Shown here one piece after another: positions 17,755 to 29,456 of a stretch of DNA of 64,000 nucleotides; position 1 is the first letter of the stretch; each line of letters begins with the position of its first letter. The notes under the pieces were generated by a model. The model had not been told where the DNA came from, did no database searches, and saw only the letters and a list, made by a program, of their open reading frames with translations. The position numbers and the translations under genes were made by a program. Source of the stretch: Chrysomallon squamiferum (taxonomy: Eukaryota > Animalia > Mollusca); contig CM022671.1 of NCBI GenBank assembly GCA_012295275.1, positions 12,152,001 through 12,216,000 of the forward strand, written 5' to 3'.

Positions 17755-17919
17755 AAGGACATATGTTGTATTTTCATTTTATTTTTCACAGATCATGATC
17801 AGAATGTGTGTTTTGAAAGAGGCAGATATTTCTGGCACAAATGTGGAAGTCATGACAACTATCCAGTATCAGCATATTTCCGGCCAACTGCTTCATCCAG
17901 AACAAGTCCATCTCACTGA
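5239..17919 (+). CDS. Secreted right-handed parallel beta-helix protein (bacterial GH141-like/pectin-lyase fold) with three C-terminal Cys-rich repeats, ~973 aa, 23 exons
   Basis: Exons 5239-5402, 5907-5986, 7089-7204, 7394-7483, 7817-7957, 8716-8837, 9230-9330, 9823-9905, 10107-10222, 10963-11087, 11274-11366, 11629-11801, 12067-12162, 12449-12577, 13094-13243, 13645-13729, 14426-14535, 14832-14988, 15793-15933, 16230-16415, 16703-16921, 17230-17346, 17792-17919 join to a 2922-nt open frame. Hydrophobic leader ending ...LLLQHVSA. Motifs YVGPHGSDSNSG..AFLTLEKA, ELFINGRPTRFAQWPN, GFWYWGWAD, NMLSELDEPGEYYID, GGRRATLTPSGNLIEDNHI, GNDHVIEYN..SDCGAIHAGRDWT.RGNVIRYN, GIMLDDQYS, IGGGRDNIVRYNVF. The start could alternatively be the in-frame ATG at 5299. 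Confidence 0.88.
11113..11194. repeat. (AG)n microsatellite
   Basis: Read directly. Confidence 0.95.
14200..14360 (-). mobile_element. Possible tRNA-derived SINE remnant
   Basis: The - strand reads ...TAGCTCAGTGGTTAGAACA (A-box-like), followed by a degenerate B-box and no cloverleaf. A similar head (GGGCTATAGCTTAGTGGTA) occurs at ~34215 on +. Confidence 0.35.
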
Positions 17920-18209
17920 ATGCTATACTTCCCCAACTTACATATGGAAATGTAAAAATGAGGACAACATAAAGAATATGTTCAAACTTATTAATTCTTG
18001 CTTTATTTGTGTTTGAAAAATTTGGTAATTTAATAACCTGGAAATTTCATAGAATTACCTTGGTTTTTAAGGGAGATATAAAAATTTAATGAACTTCGAT
18101 CCTGTTATTGGTTTTGATAATTGTTTTAATAGGCCAAAATTACCTGAATTTTCAAAACATGAAATTGCCATTACTCTATTATTTTTCTTAAGTCATCATC
18201 ATCATATTA

Positions 18210-20406
18210 TCATAAATGTTTGTAGCTAGCAATAACTTGTTCAAGCGTCACAAAACTGTTAAGAAAGTCCTCCTCTGTGAGGCCATGTTTAACATACTGA
18301 TGGACATATGCCCTTGAAGCAAACATATTCCAAGCTTTTCCCACCATCCGATCCATAGAACCAAGAGATGATTTGCTATTACTAATCAACACTGCAGACT
18401 TTTCATACTGACAGAAAGATCTTGGCTGTTTCATAACCTGTAACTGAAAATCTTTTGGCATCCACTCTGCATACAGCTTACGTTCAGTGAAAGGTGTGAT
18501 GTCAGCTTTATCAGTATCTTTGCCTCGAAGAATGAGTACATTGGCTAGAGATCTGTTGTACTTTGTGCTGCCTCGCGGAGTCTCAGAACCTGCCTGGACA
18601 TCCCAGTCAATTCCTACACAGAAAATAAAACAGTGATACTGAAATCAAAATAGTGTGTGTGTGTGTTTGTGTGTGCATGTGTGTCTCTCTCCACATAAAT
18701 TTCTGTGTGTGGTTGTGTGTAGAGATTTATAAAAATTATTATTCAGTATATATATATATTTTTTTTTACTGTATACATTTATATATATACACACACAATA
18801 AAAACAAATATATATATATACTGAATTTTTCAAATAACATTTTGTTATATAAAATATTACTTTAATTAAGCCTAAGGGACAAAATTCTAATTTAATTTTT
18901 TTCATATTTACGACATTAATTTTTGATATGATTTTGTAATGATAAAAACATATTCATCCAACTGTTTTTAAAACAGAAAAATGTTCAGCATGAAGTAATA
19001 ACTGAAGCTTGCTGCAGACAACCTGTTAAACAAACTGGGAAAACACCCATGTAAGTGGAGTGAAAAAAGTGAAAAGAACAAAAAAAGGCTAAAGATAATT
19101 CTGCTTCAGTTGAATAATACACTGTGGATATATCTAGATGGAGTTATACATAAAAACCTATGATATTTTGTTATCTGAAATAGTTTACACAATATAACAT
19201 GTTAAGATATAATTAAAATCTTTACTCAGGATGGACTGCCATATTTAGATACACTATTTTCTTTTTTGTTTATAATGATCACCTTCTTCCATGGCAGCAT
19301 TTGCAATAAGCATCTGTCGAAGATGTTTGAGTAGACCATGCCACTGATATACAGAAAACTCCATTGATCTCTCTGCAATCTGTGGAATGTTTCGAACATT
19401 GAGGAGTTTGTACTCTGGCTGTGGGATTAGATGTTGCAATAGGTAACCTGCAATAAATTCAGTACAGAGAAAAACGTGTTTGCCACATTGATGTTTTGTT
19501 GTTTATAGAAAGACATATTCTCTCTCTCACTCATTTCCCCACCTCCTTCCTCCTCCATAAATTTATCTCATCATATACCAACACGCATTCAAAAACTTTG
19601 TATTTCTAACCATTTCTATACTTACCAAGATCATTTGAATTTGAATAATCTCCTTCCTCAGAGCCTGCTGGAAGCAAGAAACTGGCAAGTTTGTGTGAAA
19701 TCACTTTATTTATGTCTCTGAAAGAAATTTTCTTGATGTTCAGTAACTGAGAACAAATTTTCTGAAGTGAATCATTCTCCATGACAACAATGGCATCTGA
19801 TGTCTGGTACAAGTGAGATAATGTTAGCACAGCATTGTAATTCTGTACAATTACCTCACCTGTTTCATAAGGCCACACCACCTGATTAAGAATAAAAGAA
19901 AATGGAAACTCATCACGGAGACTCTCCGTGAGTCTTGCACCCACACCTGACCCCGTCCCCCCTGCAAGACTCATCAGCAAGAGAAAACCTGCCAATCTGT
20001 CACACTTCTCTGCCTCACATCTCACCATCTCCATGATATCAGCCTGCAGTCGAGGACCATGGACACAATATCCATCAGCCCAGTTATTTCCAGATCCTCT
20101 TTTCTGACACAACTGTTGCTTCTCTGGATAAACCCATTTGCCAGTTTTCTTAGCTTCCAGACAAGTTTGCATTATGGCTTTGGGTTCCATATCAACCATA
20201 ACAGCCCTTGCCTCAAATGATGGGATTCCTTTCTTATCCTTTTCATTGAAAAACATTTCTGTTGCTTCCTTCACATAATCTTTGTTTTTGTTCAGAGGTA
20301 CAAGGACACTGGAAGGTTTGGCATGGATGTCATTAATAACTGTTGAGAAGAGCTGACCACCAATCTGGTTACCACACTGACCTAACTGAACTGTGACAAC
20401 TGACAT
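18210..20406 (-). CDS. TUBD1: Tubulin delta chain (449 aa, 3 coding exons)
   Basis: Exons 20406-19626, 19447-19283, 18613-18210 (1350 nt). N-terminus [34 protein letters not shown], tubulin signature AGGTGSG, delta-type [20 protein letters not shown], and C-terminal [25 protein letters not shown]. Confidence 0.97.
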
Positions 20407-21437
20407 TGTTTAACAAGATAATTAAATTTCAATGTGAATTTCACAGACCAGTTTTCCAACTAAACAGAGAGATTAATCAAGCTGCGTAAACATAGATTTA
20501 AAATCACGTCTGAAAAATGTAAAAAAGATGAAAAAAATTAAATAAAACATATAATGAAAATATACTGGTGACATACATACATTAGAAACAAAACATATTT
20601 TAATTCTTTTACAGTATTAGTACATAAATATCAACTCTAAAATATGCTTTTGTAGTCTTTAATAACAACATAAATTCTGAGAAGTTTAGTTAGCAAGATT
20701 ATTCAGGAGAAAGAACAGTAACAGAGAACAATATTTAAAATTAACTGTGTAACTAATTTTTTAGGTTCTCTTCCATAAACTTTTTTCTCGTTATAACCAA
20801 CTTACTAATTTTAATTTTCATTTATGGTCAGTATATATATTAAGTGAAAATTTCAACCAGATATGCTCTTAATAACTGTAAATTAATTTGTTTATTATTG
20901 TATATAGACATTCACACTGATAATAGAATCAACAATTCTTTTTCTGATTTTATTTATTTTGTATCTTCATAATCTTGGTATTGGTATTATTGGCAGAAAT
21001 ACCTCCCGTCACAAAATAGCTAGGAAGTCGGATATATAAAATTAAATAGTAAATATATTTGTAAAAAGTGTAAAAAGTTAGAACAGAACATTATTTTAGA
21101 TTTATATCATTACGGGAAATGAATATATCTTCTACTGAAAGTCAAACTAAAAATATATATATTTTTTTAAAATAATAAACAACCAAAATATGCTTTTTTT
21201 GAGTTATCGGCCTTGGTATTGCTAAATATTAATTTGAGTCGGCTCTGAGTTAATGAGAAAAAAATATTTTAATTGATATTCTTGTTAAGATTTTAATTTA
21301 AAATATTATATATTAATAACATGTTATGCACTTTTCATTTTTTTGTATATTATATACATAGTTTCTATTTATTTCATGATTACTAATCTCTTTCTATGTC
21401 ATCGTAGTTTACATTTATAGTTTTCAATTATTTCAAA
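20407..21437. promoter_or_regulatory. Putative bidirectional promoter / 5'UTR region of TUBD1 and MRPL50
   Basis: Divergent start codons ~1 kb apart. On the - strand a splice acceptor lies near 20510 and a candidate donor near 21002, suggesting a non-coding first TUBD1 exon. CpGs reappear locally at ~21000-21250. Confidence 0.5.
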
Positions 21438-23594
21438 ATGTCTGCCCCCATGAGACGGATTTTGTTTTCACCTTTGCTGTCAAACAAATTGATTATTCAT
21501 AGAAATCAGGTAGCTGTCGTATTGTATCATTATTATTTTACCAGTGATATACTTTACGATTTAAAAAAACAACCCTCTGAATATATAATTATGTATTATG
21601 TTCTATGCACACACACATGCAGTGACCTGCATTTAGAAAATCGTCATTAGTATTATCGTGCGAAGTCGCAAATGTTTAAATAACATTTGTAATGTCAAAG
21701 ATAAATCATGACATAACGTAATCCGTCATTCATATTTAATAAATTAAATGAGTAATAATTAATTCACTTTATACTTCAAATACATTTTATGTATTATATC
21801 ATTCTCATTGTATTGTTAAAAAGTATAAAATTGTAAACACTAAAACAGTTGTTCCAAAACAGAGCAAACTCAAACAAAATATTTCAGTGCCTGAAAGTTT
21901 TTAAGTATTTACAAATTTGGAAACATTCCCCAAACTATTATTATTTGATTTAATTTATTAATATTAATAATAATAATAATAAAAAATTCGGACATAGATT
22001 AACATCGATAAATGATTATATATATATTGCATCCATCCATCATTAGATATTATATTGAATATTAATAGATTATTATTCCTCCTCCTTTTCTTCTTCTTCT
22101 TCTTCTACTACTTATTATTATTAATTTGTTTATATATATTTCTTTTCTTTTCTTTCTTTTTTTAAAGTGTCCATGTAGGACAGCATTCTTTTGGAGAAAG
22201 AAGAAAGATGAGACAGATGAAAAGGCGCCAGTTGAAACTAGGAGATTACAGCCACAGGTTGATGGACCAACAACAATAGACAGACTGCAGTCTCTTAAGA
22301 AACAAACGTAGGTTTTCAGTAGGAATTGGCAGTAGCAGAAGTTACATGAACAAGACATAGAACATGTAGCAACTTTTCAAATTTTTTGGCTTAACATGTC
22401 ATATAATTATTTCACTTGATGTATTTGTATGAAATGATAACTGTTCAGCTTCACTTGACATATAATAATATAATTTTTTACATTTAGATTGTGAGATAAT
22501 CTGCTTTCCTACAAATTTCCAGGAAAACAGTTTCTTATTTGGCATTAATTTTAGATAACAAGTTTCTCATTTTTACACTTTGACATTCATTTATTTCCTT
22601 TTGTTTTTGTCCATTGTAGAATAATGCCCTTTAGGGGGTTGTTTTGAATTTAATTCAGTCTTGCCATTGGGTTCTGAGAATTAAATTTTATTTTTCTGTG
22701 GACGTATAGTCTTCAGTAATATTAATAATGTTATTATTATATAATTTTTTAACATGAGTTTTTCTGTCAAAACAAAATTAGAAATGTACATAATGAAATC
22801 CTTTTGTCTTTAAAAAGAGATTTTTTAAAAATAGAATTTAATTTTTTTCTTCTTATTTACATTTGTTTGAATGAAGCATGTTAATCAGTGGTTTTGTTTC
22901 AGGTCTGTTTGTACAGTTAAAGGGTACAAACCTCCTGATGACTTACTTGAAAGAATGGAACAGATAACTTCTCAGGTGTGTGGTGACGTGGATGACTGGA
23001 AATCTGTGTCACTAGATGATAACAGGCGACTGAAGTTCAAGGTAATTAATGTTAATTGATTAATATTATTATCCATTCATTCATTTATTTGCAGACTGAT
23101 TAACCAACATTAAATGTGCATCATTTAGAGAACCATGCAACGATTATTTTATTTTAATTTAGTCTTCATTGTTTTTCATTACTTAATCATAATAATGATG
23201 ACAATGGCAAAAGAGAGAAAACATTGTGCAGAAAACACAGTTTAGTAATTGCTATTAGGGCATGTATGATCTCTACATGTTCTGATATGTCACATCATAT
23301 AACACTGTGTATTTTATTTTATTTCAGCTACTGACGAGATTCATTAAAGAATTTGATCATGACATCGCAAACGCTGATCTTCACAATTTGCACAAAGTCA
23401 GTGATGCTGTCAGCTACTTCCAAACCGAGGTCAAAGACACATCTACATATGAAGACCTGTCCAAACTGGATTTGCCTAAAAATTTACATATTCAATTAGA
23501 ACCTCTGCGATTTGACCCTGACAGTGACACCATGTTCGGTGGAGTGTCAGCTTTTGATCAAAAGACTCAGAAAAGCAGATCAAGATGGGCCTAA
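21438..23594 (+). CDS. MRPL50: Mitochondrial large ribosomal subunit protein mL50 (~205 aa, 4 exons)
   Basis: Exons 21438-21509, 22168-22307, 22903-23041, 23328-23594 in frame. Basic N-terminal targeting peptide; YKPPDDL, LKFKLLTRF..EFDHDIANADLH...VSDAVSYF, and YEDLSKLDLPKNLHIQ match my recollection of the mL50 family pattern. Confidence 0.85.
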
Positions 23595-26500
23595 TTGAAT
23601 TTTTTGATTTTTGTATTAAAACATTAATAGTGATATTTACAGCATTTGTTGTCTATTACTAATAAATAGTAAACCTCTTCTGATTCACTTTTGTCTGTTT
23701 TATTTATTTGTTCAGCTTTGTTTACAAACTCCATTCCAGTGTTGTCATCATTTCCAGTTAATCATCTCAGTATAGTTTAAAAGTTCTGGTAATTTTTAAC
23801 AACTTTCAATCATAGCAGCATGAACGGAAAAGTATAACCTTGATTTTGGAATAGATTTTATTGTTTAAGCATTGACACACATAAAACATAATGCACTGAT
23901 GAGCATATACATTACTGCTTTACTGTGTATACTTTGATACAATATCGCAGGAATTCGTAGGAAGGGGGTAATTTATGAGTGATGCACCCAGTATGCTTCG
24001 AACAATGTTTAATATTACTGACATGCATAAGAAAACAAACCATCCTTCTCGAGAGTTTTTACATTTTATGTTTATAATTCTAACTCGAGACAGTTCAAGA
24101 TTAGACAAAAAGTCCTTATGGAATTCATTTCCATGAAAACCAATATTAAGAAGATCCGCCAGTAGGATGCTAAACTGACAACAATAACAAAAAAAAAAAA
24201 AAAAAAAATTCTATATAAATAAATAAATATCTACATACATATATTTATTAAAGGTCATATTTACAAATGAACATATGAAAATAATTGGCTGTTTGAGACC
24301 AAACAAATTTGTATATCAATATTTATAAAAATCTGAATTGGCTGAGTTAAATCCATTGTGAGAGCTGACACTGAATAACACGTATCTATTACATATTTGT
24401 ATTTTACTGTCAACCTTTATTAGTAAAAAAATGTAATCGATGGCGAAAAATTGAAACAATAATGTGAAATTATAAAAATATATTTGAAGCTTTGTTAACA
24501 AATAATTATTACCAGCGGTTAGCATGCGGTCAGTGAACTTGAATAAAATTGTTTAGTCTATTTCACAGTTTAATAATCAGTGATAAAATAATTTGTCTTT
24601 AGGCCAAAGAATTATTCTGTATAGTAAACTTTCGTTTACCTCCTGATTTGTTGTCTACATAATGAAAATGAAAAAAAAAAAAAAAAAAAAGAAATTGAAA
24701 AAAGAACCTTCTTATTTAATGCGTTGTTTTAAAATGAAATATACTTTATTTTCCTGTGTTATTAGACTTTGTTGCTGGTATTTTATCTCCAGCCACTATG
24801 AATATTCGAGTGCAAAGACAAGTTACCAGAAAACAGGCATACCTACCTGACCGGCCGCGCTATAAAGCATCATCTTCAGTGATTCAGCTAGTTGTTTGTG
24901 TTTTTCATTTACTCAAAAAAAAAAAAGAGATAATCCTCACTGATTTTACGATAACGATGATGAAATAATAATTTTGTTTTATAATTTGGGATTAAAATAT
25001 ATAATAAAATGAAGCAAAAGAGTTAGAATTATATCATTTACTTCCGAAGTAAAAAAATCGAGATGCGAACTTGAAATTTTTAACTTATAGTTATCAAAAG
25101 TACATCAATGTAAAAAAACAAAGGAATAAACACGTAAACAGAATGTATATTTAAAATATTTATTTGATTATTTTTTATATCACTGGAAAGTATGATAACA
25201 AAACGTTTTAATCTATTATTTTAATTATTATTATTTCTAATTACTTATATCTTCTTAATCTGAGAAAGTTACATATCTATATAGACTTTTCATCACAACT
25301 GATCAGAAGCTGTATGTGTATAGTCAACAACTGACATTTTTCTGCTGCTGTCAACAAATGATAAACTAAATCAGCTTGCAAAAAACTAGCAAATAAAAAG
25401 TAAGTTTGTCTACGTATTTTAATCCTCACCACAACATTATTTAAAATCATGTTATTTTGAAATAAATAGCTATTAAATGGCTTAATCGGCTCATTGTTAA
25501 TCAGCATTCAATTACTGTTAATGCTACTATACACAGAAAAACACCCAACATAATAGCGCTAATTTTACAAACAACTGACAATAGCGTAAATCCTGTAATG
25601 ACTAAAGTATAAATTAGCATTATTTTTCTTTTTAAATAAAACACAGCAAACTGCTTAAAATAAAATTAATACAATTGGAATATCTTAATTACTTAGCAGC
25701 CATTAATTATTATCTGCAGCCATTACGTGATTTATTTCACTAATACGGATCAATAATCTTTCATGTATTTTATCTCTTTCCAATAGCTCCGTTGCCGTCA
25801 ACATAGCAACCAAGGTAATTTTTTGTTATAACGATATTTAATGTTCCAAGAAAGATATATAAACAACATTATAATATTACTGTGCGTTACACTTCAAGTT
25901 TTGATCTGTGAGTTATCAGCATTCCAACGCACCGCATGATTCATTTTGATTTACGTGTAAAACTGTGCAATATAAATCGTTTCTGGATTCGTTTGAGTGG
26001 CGCGATCTTTCAAGTTGAACATAATTTTATTTAGTTCGCTAATATTCTGTTTAGAAATTAGGAGATTTAGTTTTATGATTGACATTCGCTAGAATACTTG
26101 GTAATGTTTCAAGAAATGATGATCGCTAAAGAGAAAATTTTTAATCTTGTGGGAAACAGCTATATGAATGACATGCGCATTATGATGGACAAGCCCCAGA
26201 AGGTAAGTGATAAAACGAATTATTATTATTATAAATTAATTTTTTAATACATATAATTATTTGAAAAATGCACTTCTTTGACGTGACATTTTCCTGAAAA
26301 AGCAATAACACACATAAATTTGATATATATCTATTCACACACACACAAATCCACACACACACACACACACACACAAACACATAAAACACAAATACATACA
26401 GGTATTCAACCGATTTTCAGTTTTCCTTGGTACCACAATTTGCCAGTTTATCAGTTTTTTTGGATCAAAAGAAGTCACGTAATGATAATTGAACAACACA

Positions 26501-28979
26501 CCTCCGAGCAACCAAATATACTCCTCATATGTTATTTAACGCAACAGACACTTAAATTAATCAAAAATATTAAATATAAATTGAATGAAATACCGTAATA
26601 TAAATATTATAATTTTTCTTTTTAAAAAAATAAATAAAAAAATAAATAAATAATAATAAAAAAATTAAACGTAAATTAAGTGAATTTAAAATGATCGGTG
26701 TTAATAGAGCTTTCGAACATCAGAGTCCGGAAAATCGTTCATGAACTTACTTTGAAACTGAAAGGAGTGAGGTCAAGTTTTTATTATTATTACATTTTAT
26801 GTTTATGTACAATGACCGGTTTAAATGAAGAAAACACCAGTAACCATTTGCAACAAATCATTCATGCGGAAACAATAATAATGAAAAAACCCAACAACAA
26901 ACAGAGTACCAGCAAATAAATAAATAAATCGAATAAAAACAATCTGTCAAGTGTAGGTGTGTGTGTGTGTGTGTGTGTGAAGATGAAAGTAATGTTAAGA
27001 AAACTCTAATTATATACAGCTTTATATTCTTCTTTTAAAAGGAAACGAAAGCCCTCGGGCTGAATGTTTTATATGTACATCAAACTGAAGTATTTATAAC
27101 GAGACGACAATTTTTGTAAATTCACACACCATTAACTGTCATTTGAGAACACATAAAAAAGTAAATAGTTTAAAATATGACTGAAAGCATATATATATAT
27201 ATATATTGACACACATACATACATACATACATATATACATATACAAACACACAGTGCATATATCATTTTCTGATGCACTACTTTCACAGATATACACTAT
27301 ACCGAGCAGTGAACTGAAACTATATATGAAATTCCAAATCTGAATGCATTTTATATCAATTGTTGATAATTTAAAAATAAATAAAAACAAGGCAGAGTTT
27401 TATACTTAATCGGATGCAGGAATTTAGAAAGATGGGTGGATATTCAATTGTGATGGATACTACTTTCGAATCATTATAAAGAAGACGAAAAAATTAGAAA
27501 CAAGAAAAAAGTAAATGGGAGACGCTGTCTGTTGATTCGGTTTATGATACAGGTTTGTACCATAACTGACAAATAAAATACGTTGATCAGTACAAGATCT
27601 TCATAAAATATTAGTCTCCTTTCATTTTTATTTAATCTGTAACACTTTTACCAAGTTATCAAAATACAATATTAATGTTAGAGTCAGTTCATGAAACCAA
27701 TCATTACATGAAACGTAATGCCTATGATGACTAGTCTTTTCGCATTATATCCCAAACTATTACTTTCTGTACACAATTACCTAATGTGGATCTGTATAAT
27801 ATGCTTATTGACTACAAGTAATGGTCATTTTCATTTATATTTTATTATTTTAATTATTTGATCTTTTCACATATAACACAAGGTCAGTTTATTGTTAATT
27901 TTTGTTGCTTCGATCTTTTTGAGCAGATTGAAGAGAAGTATGAGGTTGTACTTACTGCTAAGAATTTAGTTATGTTATCTCAGTGACTATAGGAATGCTT
28001 ATAACCATTTTCTGTACTATTATGGAGTTAGAGATGTTTATTAATTATCCTCTGTCAAGTTTTTAGCAATTAAAATGAACCACTTTATTTTCTATAATTA
28101 TATTTGCATATTTTTGCTCAGCTTTCATAAAGAAGACATCTATTAAGATATGTTTAAAAAAACCATCTTTATTTACTGAATTAATAGTTTTACACAAGGA
28201 CGTAAAGCTAACTAGGTGGCTAGCTTGGTCTCAGACAAAAAACTTGCAGTGTACTGCAATAGCGTAGTTTTGGTGAGTAAGATGTATATATCCATGGTGC
28301 ACGATCTTCTTGAATTAGAAATCAGTTTGTTATGCCTGAATTCACCATTGTCTGTCGGTGGTTATATAATGTACTAACATGTTTGAACAGTTAAACCAAA
28401 CACACTTTATTGCTACCAACAATTTCTAAATACAGTGTGCATAATGTACTACTAAAATACAGTATGTTTGAAATGTTTTCTTTGTTCATAGTGATAAATT
28501 CTAAATGAAGTTAGCCTTTGATAATTAAACCTTGTATATAAAATTACATTCAGTTCCATGTGAGATGTATATTAAGCATTATTTTAGATCGTGATAAATA
28601 TACACGTATGTATACAAATATGTTTTGGGAAAACTGAAATTCTGATTTTCACCTATGTTAAAATACTGACACATAAAGTATTCCAAAATAATACTGTCAC
28701 GTTCAGTGATATTGTTTTAATAGGTAATTTTACTGTGTACGTAGGCCGATCTGTAAAGTAATGCTTGCAGAAAAGTCGCTTTTTTTTTTTTCATAGATCA
28801 AAGTGCGCCCGCCCACTGAAATGATTCTTGTTTCAGGCCAGGTTCCACTCTTTTATATTTTTTCCTTCTAATTTTCTGGCACTGTATATTAAAAAAGAAG
28901 AAAAAAGAAAAAAGAAGAGATTCTTAAAAGAATGTGATAGAGTCGAGTGTTGGGTTTCCTCTAACATGTCTTATTATGC

Positions 28980-29456
28980 TAAAACCATGTCTGACACGTA
29001 ATATGCACTGAGATATAATTCAGAAAATATTCATTCGTTTCTTTGTATGGTGCAGTAGTGAATTCTCTGCGTTGTCACGTGTATTGAGCTATAAATAAAT
29101 CGATTTTCGTCAACGTGCTTTACTGTACTGTATCATCTACCGACGTGATCGGTAACGTTCTGTAGTTTTGTTTTCCACATCACAAAGACAACGTGATCGT
29201 GTCATACAGACATTATCGAGACCGTACAAGGAATCTTCCTTTCTCTAGATCTGTACTGATTGACATGTTTTAGAAAACCTTTAACCTAAACGCCTGTTCT
29301 GATGCATCTCGTGACTGTGACGAATGGTGAAGACGTGGATTAAAATGTTTTACATCTGCTGTCGAATGAGCGTGCGATCTGGGTAATCGTGAATGTTCCG
29401 TAACTGTGGCAAAGCGACCTTGTAATTTGCAAGCATTTGTTGACAAAAATCGAGTA
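28980..29456 (+). promoter_or_regulatory. CpG-rich segment ending in a strong donor (GTAAGTAAGT): candidate promoter / non-coding first exon of the TRIM gene
   Basis: High local CpG density and no ORF. Donor-like motif at ~29454-29464. An acceptor (ttttcttttcag, ending 31922) sits 9 nt before the TRIM ATG, so an upstream UTR exon is implied. Confidence 0.4.

Noticed and set aside
5239-17919. Bacterial contamination as the source of the beta-helix gene
   Set aside because: It has 22 spliceosomal introns with host-type microsatellites and is contiguous with conserved animal genes.
28780-28890. Tc1-like terminus (TACAGTGCC on the - strand)
   Set aside because: No partner inverted repeat or transposase remnant was found.
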